Source: Bdellovibrionales bacterium
Lineage (GTDB): Bacteria > Bdellovibrionota > Bdellovibrionia > Bdellovibrionales > JAMPXM01
Length of the DNA stretch: 28,543 bases
Assembly (NCBI GenBank): GCA_043739185.1
Contig: JAYUEN010000500.1
Location: 1-28,543 of the forward strand
Reading direction: 5' to 3'
Shown: in pieces, positions 9,429 to 17,088 of the stretch
Layout of the letters: the number at the start of each line of letters is the position of its first letter
How positions within the stretch are numbered: position 1 is the first letter of the stretch
Position numbers and translations under genes: made by a program
Notes under the pieces: generated by a model
Database searches by the model: none
Seen by the model: only the letters and a program-made list of their open reading frames with translations
What the model was told of the DNA's origin: nothing

Positions 9429-9959
9429 CTATTTCTTTGGTTTCTCTGATTTTTGAAACAATTGTTCGAATTCAGAATATCCGGCTTCTTTTAGCTTTTC
9501 TTTTGGAATGAATTTGAGAGAGGCCGAATTCATACAATAGCGTAATCCAGTTGGCTTTGGTCCGTCATCAAAGACATGACCGAGATGTGAATCGGCATAT
9601 CGGCTTCGCACCTCAGTACGATCTGATCCGAGCTTGTGATCGACCTTTTCAATTAAGTTTTCCTTCACTAGTGCTTTGCTAAAACTTGGCCAGCCTGTAC
9701 CAGAGTCAAATTTATCTAAAGAGCTAAAAAGGGGTTCGCCCGAAACGACATCGACATAAATGCCTTCTTTTTCATTGTGCCAATATTCATTCTTAAAGGG
9801 GGGCTCGGTATCACTTTCTTGCGTAATTTTAAACTGTGTAGATGAAAGTTTTTTTGCAAGAATTTGCTGGCTGGGCTTTTTAAAACTGTGAGCATCCCAG
9901 GCGGACGCCTTGGTTATATTTAAGATGGCTAATATTCCGAAAAAGCATTTCGCATTCAT
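9429..9959 (-). CDS. msrB: Peptide-methionine (R)-S-oxide reductase with signal peptide
   Basis: [21 protein letters not shown] and RYCMNS motifs; AGGAG RBS before ATG 9959. Confidence 0.95.
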   Translation of the reverse strand: MNAKCFFGILAILNITKASAWDAHSFKKPSQQILAKKLSSTQFKITQESDTEPPFKNEYWHNEKEGIYVDVVSGEPLFSSLDKFDSGTGWPSFSKALVKENLIEKVDHKLGSDRTEVRSRYADSHLGHVFDDGPKPTGLRYCMNSASLKFIPKEKLKEAGYSEFEQLFQKSEKPKK

Positions 9960-9973
9960 CAGTAGGCTCCTCA

Positions 9974-10558
9974 TTACTTCTTTTTATCAAATGAAATCTT
10001 GCGTAAAAAATGATTGTCATAGCCGCCCGGATTTTTAACTAAATAATTTTGATGGTATTCTTCTGCCGGCCAAAAAGTTTTCGCTTCTGAGATTTCAGTC
10101 GTAATATTGCCCTTCCAGGCGCCGGAGCTTTCGACTTTCTTTTTGAAGTTTAGGGCTTCTTGTTTTTGCTTTTCACCATGATAAAAAATAGCGGATCGAT
10201 ACTGGTTGCCGGTATCATTTCCTTGTCGATCTTTGTTGGTTGGGTCATGCATCTTAAAGAACTGATCAAGGAGGAATTCGTAGCTTACTTTTTTAGGATC
10301 AAATTTAATTTCAACGCTTTCGGCATGGCCCGTATGGCCATCATTTGTTTCATCATACTTAGGGTTGGGAGTTGTTCCGCCGGTAAATCCAACCCTTGAT
10401 TCATATACGCCAGGAATCTTTCGAAAAAACTCTTCAGATCCCCAAAAGCAGCCCGCTGCAAAAGTTGCAGTTTCAAGATGAGTTGCTTTCTCTTTGTTAT
10501 CTGCCAGGCCTACATTAGCAGCAAATATTAGGGTAAGTGTGAAAAAGAATTTTATCAT
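9974..10558 (-). CDS. msrA: Peptide-methionine (S)-S-oxide reductase with signal peptide
   Basis: GCFWG, TGHAE, HDPT, RQGND.G.QYRS and AEEYHQ motifs; AAGGA RBS before ATG 10558. Confidence 0.95.
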   Translation of the reverse strand: MIKFFFTLTLIFAANVGLADNKEKATHLETATFAAGCFWGSEEFFRKIPGVYESRVGFTGGTTPNPKYDETNDGHTGHAESVEIKFDPKKVSYEFLLDQFFKMHDPTNKDRQGNDTGNQYRSAIFYHGEKQKQEALNFKKKVESSGAWKGNITTEISEAKTFWPAEEYHQNYLVKNPGGYDNHFLRKISFDKKK

Positions 10559-10731
10559 AAATTCCTTAAGGTTTGTAGAGTCAGATTCGAACAGCAATTG
10601 CTGTTTTAGTCAATGAAGTCATTCATGACTTGGGCGCTAAAGCGGTGAAAAAAGCCTTGAGCTTTCGAAATGAAGCTGTCACTACTAAAGCCGTTTTTCC
10701 TGGCTAAATCTATCTTTTTGAGGAGCCTTTA

Positions 10732-12354
10732 ATGAAAACTTTATTGGTTATCTTGCTGATATTTTCTGCTCAAAATCTTTTTGCTGAAAGACCCGCAGAT
10801 TATTCTCAAACTTTCATAAAATCCTGCAATGAAAACCAAGATTGTAATTTATTGCTCTTCAATGAAATCGGTAAACTTTATCGCCCTTCGAAAGAAGAGA
10901 TTGCCGTTGAAAGATATATCCAGGCGTTGAAAGTGACGGCTGAGAATTTTATTTGGAAAACGCCACTTTGGGCACAACGAGACCAGATGGGTAATATTGT
11001 AATTCGGCTTCCAGCTACTGGTAAATTTAAAAATCTACCCAACCAAAAATATTTTGGACTGCTTTCTCATATGGATATGGTTCTGGCTTACGCGAAAGCA
11101 AAGCCAGGCGAAGACGTTCGTAAATATTTTGTTAACGGCGTCGATATGGAAGTTGTCAATGGTTGGATTCAGTCTAAGAATAAACAGACGACACTTGGCG
11201 CGGACAACGGAATTGGGGTGGCCTTTGCTCTTAGGTATTTGTTAGATAAAAATATTCCTCACCCGCCGCTTGAATTGTTATTTACCGTTCAAGAAGAAAT
11301 TGGTCTATTTGGCGCTGCGGGCCTAGAAATTCCATTATTAAGTAGGCGCATGCTTTGTCTTGACGGAATGACGCCTGAGCCGACCATGATCATCACCGGC
11401 TCACAGGGCGGAGCTACCGGACTCATTACTGGAGTGTTTAAGGGCGAGCAAGCGGGGACAGATCGTATGCAGTTGGCAGTAACCGTGACTAATTTAGCTG
11501 GTGGTCATTCGGGTGCAGATATCTTTCGAAAAAGATTGAACGGCGTAAAGGGTTTTGCTGAACTATTTAATTATTTAAAAACAATTATGCCAAGTGCAAG
11601 AATTCAATCTGTAGCCGACGGTGATCTCACGGTTTATAATAAAATTCCGAATCTTTTTACTGGCATACTTTCGGTAAGTAAAACGGAGTTAAAAGCGGAT
11701 TTTAAAAGTTTAATTGAAAATAAAATGAAGGAAATCGTAAGTCGATTTCCCGATGATAATAAGGATTACTCAATTGATGTTCAAGCTGCGGAATATGCGG
11801 CTCAAACTCCAATTGCCTCACAACTCGAGACCGAAGCTTTTATTAAGGGTATTTCAGATGCGCCAAATGGGATTGTGGAGACTGGGGGCGATCCTTATCC
11901 ACACGGTGATATTACTTCCTCAAATCTGTCCTTTTGGGGTTTCGGAAAAGCCGACTCCGGCGACCTCATCAGCCGCTTGGGATTTAATACGCGAAGTTTT
12001 TTTGCAAGCTCATTGAGTGCTACCGCAAACGCAGTGGCAAAGGCAATTGCTTCGCCACTTTCTTCGCTGGGTGAACTCAAGGTTGAAAAAATCGCTTCTT
12101 TCCCACCTTGGTTGGTACCAAGTTCTTCGCCGCTGCTAAAACAATTGCTTTCGTTAAAAGGCAGTCCGTTCTCAAAAACCTATTTGGTGCCCGTCGGACT
12201 AGATCCTTCAGCCCTGATGCAAAAATATCTTGATATGGATATTGTGGCCATAGGGCCAGTTATTTACTTTGCTCATACTGTGAACGAACAACTAGAGCTT
12301 GCAAGTGTTTCTCGAACGGCAAAGTCAATTGAGACCATTATTCAGTCTCAATGA
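10732..12354 (+). CDS. M20 metallopeptidase, aminoacyl-histidine dipeptidase (PepD)-like, with signal peptide
   Basis: Metal-ligand motifs SHMDMV, TTLGADNGIG, TVQEEIGL, CLDG, GGHSG and AHTVNE; GAGGAG RBS; N-terminal signal peptide. Confidence 0.85.
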   Translation: MKTLLVILLIFSAQNLFAERPADYSQTFIKSCNENQDCNLLLFNEIGKLYRPSKEEIAVERYIQALKVTAENFIWKTPLWAQRDQMGNIVIRLPATGKFKNLPNQKYFGLLSHMDMVLAYAKAKPGEDVRKYFVNGVDMEVVNGWIQSKNKQTTLGADNGIGVAFALRYLLDKNIPHPPLELLFTVQEEIGLFGAAGLEIPLLSRRMLCLDGMTPEPTMIITGSQGGATGLITGVFKGEQAGTDRMQLAVTVTNLAGGHSGADIFRKRLNGVKGFAELFNYLKTIMPSARIQSVADGDLTVYNKIPNLFTGILSVSKTELKADFKSLIENKMKEIVSRFPDDNKDYSIDVQAAEYAAQTPIASQLETEAFIKGISDAPNGIVETGGDPYPHGDITSSNLSFWGFGKADSGDLISRLGFNTRSFFASSLSATANAVAKAIASPLSSLGELKVEKIASFPPWLVPSSSPLLKQLLSLKGSPFSKTYLVPVGLDPSALMQKYLDMDIVAIGPVIYFAHTVNEQLELASVSRTAKSIETIIQSQ

Positions 12355-12358
12355 TAAG

Positions 12359-12763
12359 TTATTTGGTTCGTGTGCAATTGTAGTTAGCTGACCAGTAGCT
12401 ATCTTCAGTGCCACGTATTTGCATGATTCCACTTGGGGAGCCAGCGAGCATTTGCTTATACAAAATCACCCCTCTAGAGTTTCCGTTTTCAGTTCCGTTG
12501 AAGCGAACTTTGTTCAAATTTCCTTTGGGATGGTAATTGAAATCAAAGGCCGCCTTAAAGCTCATGCCGTTCATTTTATCAGTAGAAGTTAATGTGACTT
12601 CTTTGTCATTGAGAACGAGATCTTGTTCGGTGCCGTTACCATCTGTGACATTGCAGTGATAGCTGAGATTCAATCCGCTTGCGTTTGGGCCAATATAGTC
12701 GGCATGGGCAGAAAAGCTCACAAGTGTTGATGAAATGCTGATGAGGATCAGAAGTATTTTCAT
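12359..12763 (-). CDS. Secreted hypothetical protein
   Basis: Classic signal peptide ending AHA, GGAG RBS, and two Cys near the mature N- and C-termini (probable disulfide). Confidence 0.75.
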   Translation of the reverse strand: MKILLILISISSTLVSFSAHADYIGPNASGLNLSYHCNVTDGNGTEQDLVLNDKEVTLTSTDKMNGMSFKAAFDFNYHPKGNLNKVRFNGTENGNSRGVILYKQMLAGSPSGIMQIRGTEDSYWSANYNCTRTK

Positions 12764-12816
12764 ATTTTCTCCAGTATTTGAGTGTTAAATCCATTCTTTG
12801 CGTTGGCAATTGAATA

Positions 12817-12857
12817 CCACAGGTATGCCACAGGTATGCCACAAGTATGCCACGGTA
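12817..12857. repeat. 11-bp tandem repeat (CCACAGGTATG, three copies plus a partial copy)
   Basis: CCACAGGTATG CCACAGGTATG CCACAAGTATG CCACGGTA, read directly. Confidence 0.9.
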
Positions 12858-12988
12858 GAGTATGTCCAATTTGAAGTGAATTATTTATTCAGCCTAAGTC
12901 GAGAAAAATCTATAATTTATGATCTGAAAGACTGAAGCATTTTCAATCTGAGATTGACCTCCTTACCAGCCTAATAAGACAATTTACT

Positions 12989-13660
12989 ATGACTTTAATA
13001 GGAATAATCTGGGCAGTATTTGCCCCTCTATCACTAGTCCTGGTTGTTTGGGGAATTTGCCAAATTGCAAAAGCCTTAAGGATACCTGAGCGATTCGGCA
13101 TTAAGGAAACTTCTGCTCGAATCTTTCGATTGAGTACGGTGTCTTTGTTAATTATTTTTACGCTATTGGCAGCATATATTCCTCAAAGATTAAAATTTCA
13201 AAGGCTATGTGTTGAGCGGGGAACCCCAACGATTTTGAGAAGTGAAAAGGCCGATGGCTTTTTTTTAGATGATTCTACAGCCAATAGTTTTGGAATGAGG
13301 TATTTAAACGAAGATGGTTTCGCTTGGTTAGAGGCCAGAAGTATTTATCATCCTAAAAAATTTACTAGATATGAGATGAAACAGGGTAAAATTGAAGAAT
13401 TCGAAATTGAAAAAACAAATGCAAAATATATGGTGAAATCAGTGTTTCGAGAGGAAGGGGCCTTTGCCTTAAATGAACTAAGTGTATCGCGCATCGATTC
13501 TGGAGAGAAATTGGCTTGGGCAATTAGTATGAATTTTGATGGCGGAATTGCAAAATGGATTCTAGGCGCTTGGGGTACAGCAAGTTGCCCGAGTGCAATG
13601 ACCAATCCTGATGCTTTTCGAAAGATGTATAAACTTGCAAAAGAAACGCTTAATCCCTAA
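12989..13660 (+). CDS. Hypothetical membrane protein (two N-terminal TMs plus a soluble domain)
   Basis: 223-aa ORF filling the interval, with two hydrophobic segments. Confidence 0.75.
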   Translation: MTLIGIIWAVFAPLSLVLVVWGICQIAKALRIPERFGIKETSARIFRLSTVSLLIIFTLLAAYIPQRLKFQRLCVERGTPTILRSEKADGFFLDDSTANSFGMRYLNEDGFAWLEARSIYHPKKFTRYEMKQGKIEEFEIEKTNAKYMVKSVFREEGAFALNELSVSRIDSGEKLAWAISMNFDGGIAKWILGAWGTASCPSAMTNPDAFRKMYKLAKETLNP

Positions 13661-13747
13661 GTAGGCATTTATTGCAAGCTGAGTAATGTAAAAATAACCT
13701 TGAAATAACACTTCAATCAATAAGCCGTATTAGATTCATGTCATTTG

Positions 13748-13763
13748 TGGTACGTATTTGGCG
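13748..13763 (+). promoter_or_regulatory. Candidate sigma54 promoter
   Basis: TGGTAC-GTATT-TGGCG (GG-N10-GC) just upstream of the AAGGGAGG RBS; the -12 box is the TGGC variant. Confidence 0.4.
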
Positions 13764-13785
13764 CTTGTTAACAAGGGAGGAAAAT

Positions 13786-14226
13786 ATGAAAATATTTGTT
13801 AGTTTAATTTCGATTCTTTTTGTCGGACAAATGGCCATGGCTGTGAATTGTACTAATTATGGGAAGACGCAAACTTATCCGCTTTTTTGTAAAGGCAAAC
13901 TTTATTTAGAGATCAATGATGGCGGCGAATCTGAAGAAGCTTTTCCGACTATATCTTTTCAACGAAATTTCACCAAATCGGGAGTTGCGGGCACTATGCT
14001 TAAAGCAGGTACCTGTGCTTGGGCGGATCGCGCACTAAATGCAAATGAGCCGGCATCCCTCACGACTTGGATCAACCCCACCAATGGCAATACAGTTTCC
14101 TCAGCCATTTTAAGCATGATCAGTCGCTGTTCAGCTGATGCTAGTTGTGTTTTTGAAGTCTGTGCTTACCGTGAAGGACCGACCTTGAAATTTGTTCCGT
14201 GGACTGCGGCAACAATGTATCCTTAA
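13786..14226 (+). CDS. Secreted Cys-rich hypothetical protein
   Basis: Strong AAGGGAGG RBS, signal peptide ending AMA, six Cys, and motifs YPLFCKG and GTCAWADRALNANEP. Confidence 0.8.
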   Translation: MKIFVSLISILFVGQMAMAVNCTNYGKTQTYPLFCKGKLYLEINDGGESEEAFPTISFQRNFTKSGVAGTMLKAGTCAWADRALNANEPASLTTWINPTNGNTVSSAILSMISRCSADASCVFEVCAYREGPTLKFVPWTAATMYP

Positions 14227-14243
14227 AGTTCAGCTCCAAATCT

Positions 14244-15818
14244 TTAGTTTTTAAAATGAAGACGAATTTGCTCTGATAAATCTTCGTAAATTTCTTGCTT
14301 TTCAGACTCGTCAAATTTAATTTCAGGGATGAAAACAAGCGGCGCATAGGTTTCTGTTTTCATTAGACGGCCAAGACTTACTTCGGGGCCCTTGGGTAGT
14401 GGTTCATATTTATGCGCTGGTGTTTTTTCTTGAGATTCCGCTTTTGGTTTTTCTTTAAGAAATGAATCTACTAAGGCTTGATGAACGGCCGGGTCAAAAA
14501 TTCCCATTGCGGGTGTGCCGTCCATTCCGGAAATTCTTTTCATGGCTTCAGTAGGTGTCAGTTGAGGGTATCCCGAGCGAATACTGGTTAATTTATCAAA
14601 TACATCCGCAAACGCACAAACTTTGGCGTACACCGGAATCTCGTCGCCTTTTTTTCCTGTGGGAAAGCCACTTCCGTCGGTATGCTCATGATGAAATAGT
14701 ATCATATTTAAGACTTCTTGAGAGACTTCCAGTTTTCGCTTTTTTATCGAGACCCCTCCCAATTGTGGATGCTGCTTGTAAAGTTTGGCCTCATTCGGAT
14801 TCATATCTTGCAGTTCTTTGGTCTGCAAAGCGCTCGGAAGTTCAGCCATACCGATATCATGCAATAGGCCACCAATGCGTAAGGTTTCGGGTTCAGTAAG
14901 TCCTAATGTCATGCCAAACAAGCAGCAGTAAGCTGCGACATTTTGGTTGTGTGAAACGGTCGTCATCTTTTGTGATGCAAAAGTATTGGCAGTTTTTATT
15001 AAATCACTTTTTGGATTTGAGAAGCTTTCAAGATCAGAAACAAAGCCTTTCAAATTTTCAAGGAGCTGCTTGCCGTCGTCCTCGTTATAATCATCATCAG
15101 AAAAAAATCCTCCCATTAAGCTACCCAGTCGATTCGCAATTTTTTTGCTCTTATTCGTGGAGTCTAGTCCGGGCTGGTCATCAAAATTAGTAATTTGGCT
15201 ACGAATAAAAGATTGATAGAGGCCGATTTCAGCACGTTTGAGATAAAGCGCATAGTGAGACTTTTCACGAAATTTTTTAATGATTTTTTCGTCTAGAAAT
15301 TGATCTTTCTCAATATAGAGAATCGCTTTTTGATTCATCGGCAAATAAACATAAACTGAAAAAGGCAAGGATTTTGACTTTTCAATTTCGACTAGTTGAA
15401 TGCGCATGAGTTGATCAAGAGATAGCTCTTTTCCTACGCATTCAGAAGGTGCGATTTCGAAAATCTTATTAATAAGTAATTCTTCTTCAAGCGGATACTG
15501 ATAAGTTCCGCTGATTCCCGCTGCATAGAGCTCAGCTAAGGAATGACTCAGTCGACCCGAATAAGTAGCTAAAATGCACACAGAGAAGTTAGGGTGTTGG
15601 GCCTTGAAGCTTGCAATGCTTTCAGCGAGTAACTTCAAATTAAGGCGAAGTGATAGCGGGGCCAGTGCTAGTAAGGGCGCGCGTATCGCAAGGTCCTTGT
15701 ATTCCTGAGAGCGAAAATCAAGCACATTGTAGTCAAATTCTCTTAGTCGAGCAGCAAGAGGCTCCATAGCCTGAGGGATGGGTAGCAGGAGTGGGATTAA
15801 AGACTTTGGGTTTTCCAT
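14244..15818 (-). CDS. HD-GYP domain protein (putative cyclic dinucleotide phosphodiesterase) with a degenerate N-terminal receiver-like domain
   Basis: HNQNV, LLHDIG, HPQLG, HHEHTDGSGFP and ADVFD motifs; GGAG RBS before ATG 15818. Confidence 0.88.
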   Translation of the reverse strand: MENPKSLIPLLLPIPQAMEPLAARLREFDYNVLDFRSQEYKDLAIRAPLLALAPLSLRLNLKLLAESIASFKAQHPNFSVCILATYSGRLSHSLAELYAAGISGTYQYPLEEELLINKIFEIAPSECVGKELSLDQLMRIQLVEIEKSKSLPFSVYVYLPMNQKAILYIEKDQFLDEKIIKKFREKSHYALYLKRAEIGLYQSFIRSQITNFDDQPGLDSTNKSKKIANRLGSLMGGFFSDDDYNEDDGKQLLENLKGFVSDLESFSNPKSDLIKTANTFASQKMTTVSHNQNVAAYCCLFGMTLGLTEPETLRIGGLLHDIGMAELPSALQTKELQDMNPNEAKLYKQHPQLGGVSIKKRKLEVSQEVLNMILFHHEHTDGSGFPTGKKGDEIPVYAKVCAFADVFDKLTSIRSGYPQLTPTEAMKRISGMDGTPAMGIFDPAVHQALVDSFLKEKPKAESQEKTPAHKYEPLPKGPEVSLGRLMKTETYAPLVFIPEIKFDESEKQEIYEDLSEQIRLHFKN

Positions 15819-15892
15819 TTTTTCTCCAATATTTGTAGCGAATGAAAATATTGATTGTTCTACTGCCACAACTCCTGTCACAATTATTATAT

Positions 15893-16270
15893 ATGCGGAC
15901 GCTAGGATCAATCCTCATTGTCGATCGAGATTCAAATTTGGCCGCCATTTTGGGTCATTTTTTGACTGCCAATGGCTATACTGTGTGTTTTACCACCAGA
16001 GTCAGAGAAGGCATAAAAAAGCTACGCAATCAAAAGTTCACCCAAATATTTTTGGACCCGGAGGTGAGTCCAGATCCGGTTGGTGAAATGTTTGAAGAGC
16101 TAATGATGGCGGGTAGCTCCAACCAAAATACGCCCCTCACTTTAATGAGTTCGAATTCATCTTATATTCTCCCAATGAAATATGTTAAGCGGGTAAATTC
16201 AATTATGTCGAAGCCCTTTGCGCTAAGAGAATTTAGTTATAGGCTCAATTTGGGAATCGTAAAAACTTAA
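15893..16270 (+). CDS. Single-domain response regulator (receiver)
   Basis: ILIVDRD, IFLD (phosphoacceptor position), LMSS and KPF motifs; start taken at Met 15893. Confidence 0.8.
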   Translation: MRTLGSILIVDRDSNLAAILGHFLTANGYTVCFTTRVREGIKKLRNQKFTQIFLDPEVSPDPVGEMFEELMMAGSSNQNTPLTLMSSNSSYILPMKYVKRVNSIMSKPFALREFSYRLNLGIVKT

Positions 16271-16300
16271 ATTGCAATTGGTTAAAAGGGGAAATCACGT

Positions 16301-16747
16301 ATGCTGAATGCAGCTCAACTTCATTTATTGGTGAATCATATGCCGCTTGCAGCTCTTGGTTTTAGTTTTTTGATTTTGATCTGGGGCAAAACAAAGAACA
16401 ATATGGCGATTATTAAAGTTGCTTTTGCACTCTTAATCTTAGGTGGCTTTTTTGCAGCAGCTTCTTTTTTAAGTGGAGATGAAGCCAAAGAACTAGTTGA
16501 GAATTTGCCAAACTTTTCGAAAGACCATGCAAACGAACATGAATTGGCGGCTAAGTTCGGTCTTTGGTGGACCATATTCACGGCTGTCATTGCGGCTTTT
16601 GGATTCTTTCAATTGATAAAAAAAGGCAGTCTCGCAAGATGGCTTTTTTATAGTATCTTGTTCTTCAATCTATTCACTCTGACCGTCCTGGCAAGAACAA
16701 ATCATTTAGGCGGACAGATTTCTCATCCTGAGCTTCGACCGAAGTAA
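16301..16747 (+). CDS. DUF2231-like four-TM membrane protein
   Basis: HLLVNHMP, EHE and GGQISHPE His motifs with four hydrophobic helices; AGGGG RBS. Confidence 0.75.
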   Translation: MLNAAQLHLLVNHMPLAALGFSFLILIWGKTKNNMAIIKVAFALLILGGFFAAASFLSGDEAKELVENLPNFSKDHANEHELAAKFGLWWTIFTAVIAAFGFFQLIKKGSLARWLFYSILFFNLFTLTVLARTNHLGGQISHPELRPK

Positions 16748-16801
16748 TTTCCAAAATTTTCTTTTTGGTTTGAGTTTTCGGTGGATTTAAGAATTAGTGT
16801 T

Positions 16802-16826
16802 GCCGGTCAGAAACAGCTGGGCCGGC
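16802..16826 (+). terminator. GC-rich hairpin, possible terminator downstream of the DUF2231-like gene
   Basis: GCCGGTCAG...CTGGGCCGGC inverted repeat; only a weak U tract. Confidence 0.3.
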
Positions 16827-17039
16827 TTAATAAAGATCTTCACGGGGACTTTCAATCACTTAAGTAAGAGTGAAAAGCCAATGATCACTATTCGCTTGGT
16901 TTAGAAATAGCAATTTGATCCGATGAGCACCCAGTATGATTAGATATGATGAGATTTGAAATATAATTTAGGTGTAAATGTTTTTTTTTGACAGGCTTCG
17001 CAAAACCATACAGTCAAAGGCTTTCAGAGCTAGGGTTCG

Positions 17040-17055
17040 CGGCCTTAGGCTTGCA
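17040..17055 (+). promoter_or_regulatory. Candidate sigma54 promoter for the PL9 lipoprotein
   Basis: CGGCCT-TAGGC-TTGCA (GG-N10-GC), 33 nt upstream of ATG 17089, with an AGGGGG RBS in between. Confidence 0.45.
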
Positions 17056-17088
17056 AATCTAAGAATCACTAAACCTAGGGGGCATTTA

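Noticed and set aside
12817..12857. Tandem repeat as a CRISPR array or iteron set
   Set aside because: The units are 11 bp and contiguous, with no spacers and no cas or rep gene nearby.
16978..17088. N-terminal extensions in the ORF track (here and at 2559, 3961, 10597, 13738, 15842, 15911, 19996 and 24530)
   Set aside because: Downstream starts have a better RBS, signal peptide or domain boundary, and several extensions overlap neighbouring genes or promoters.
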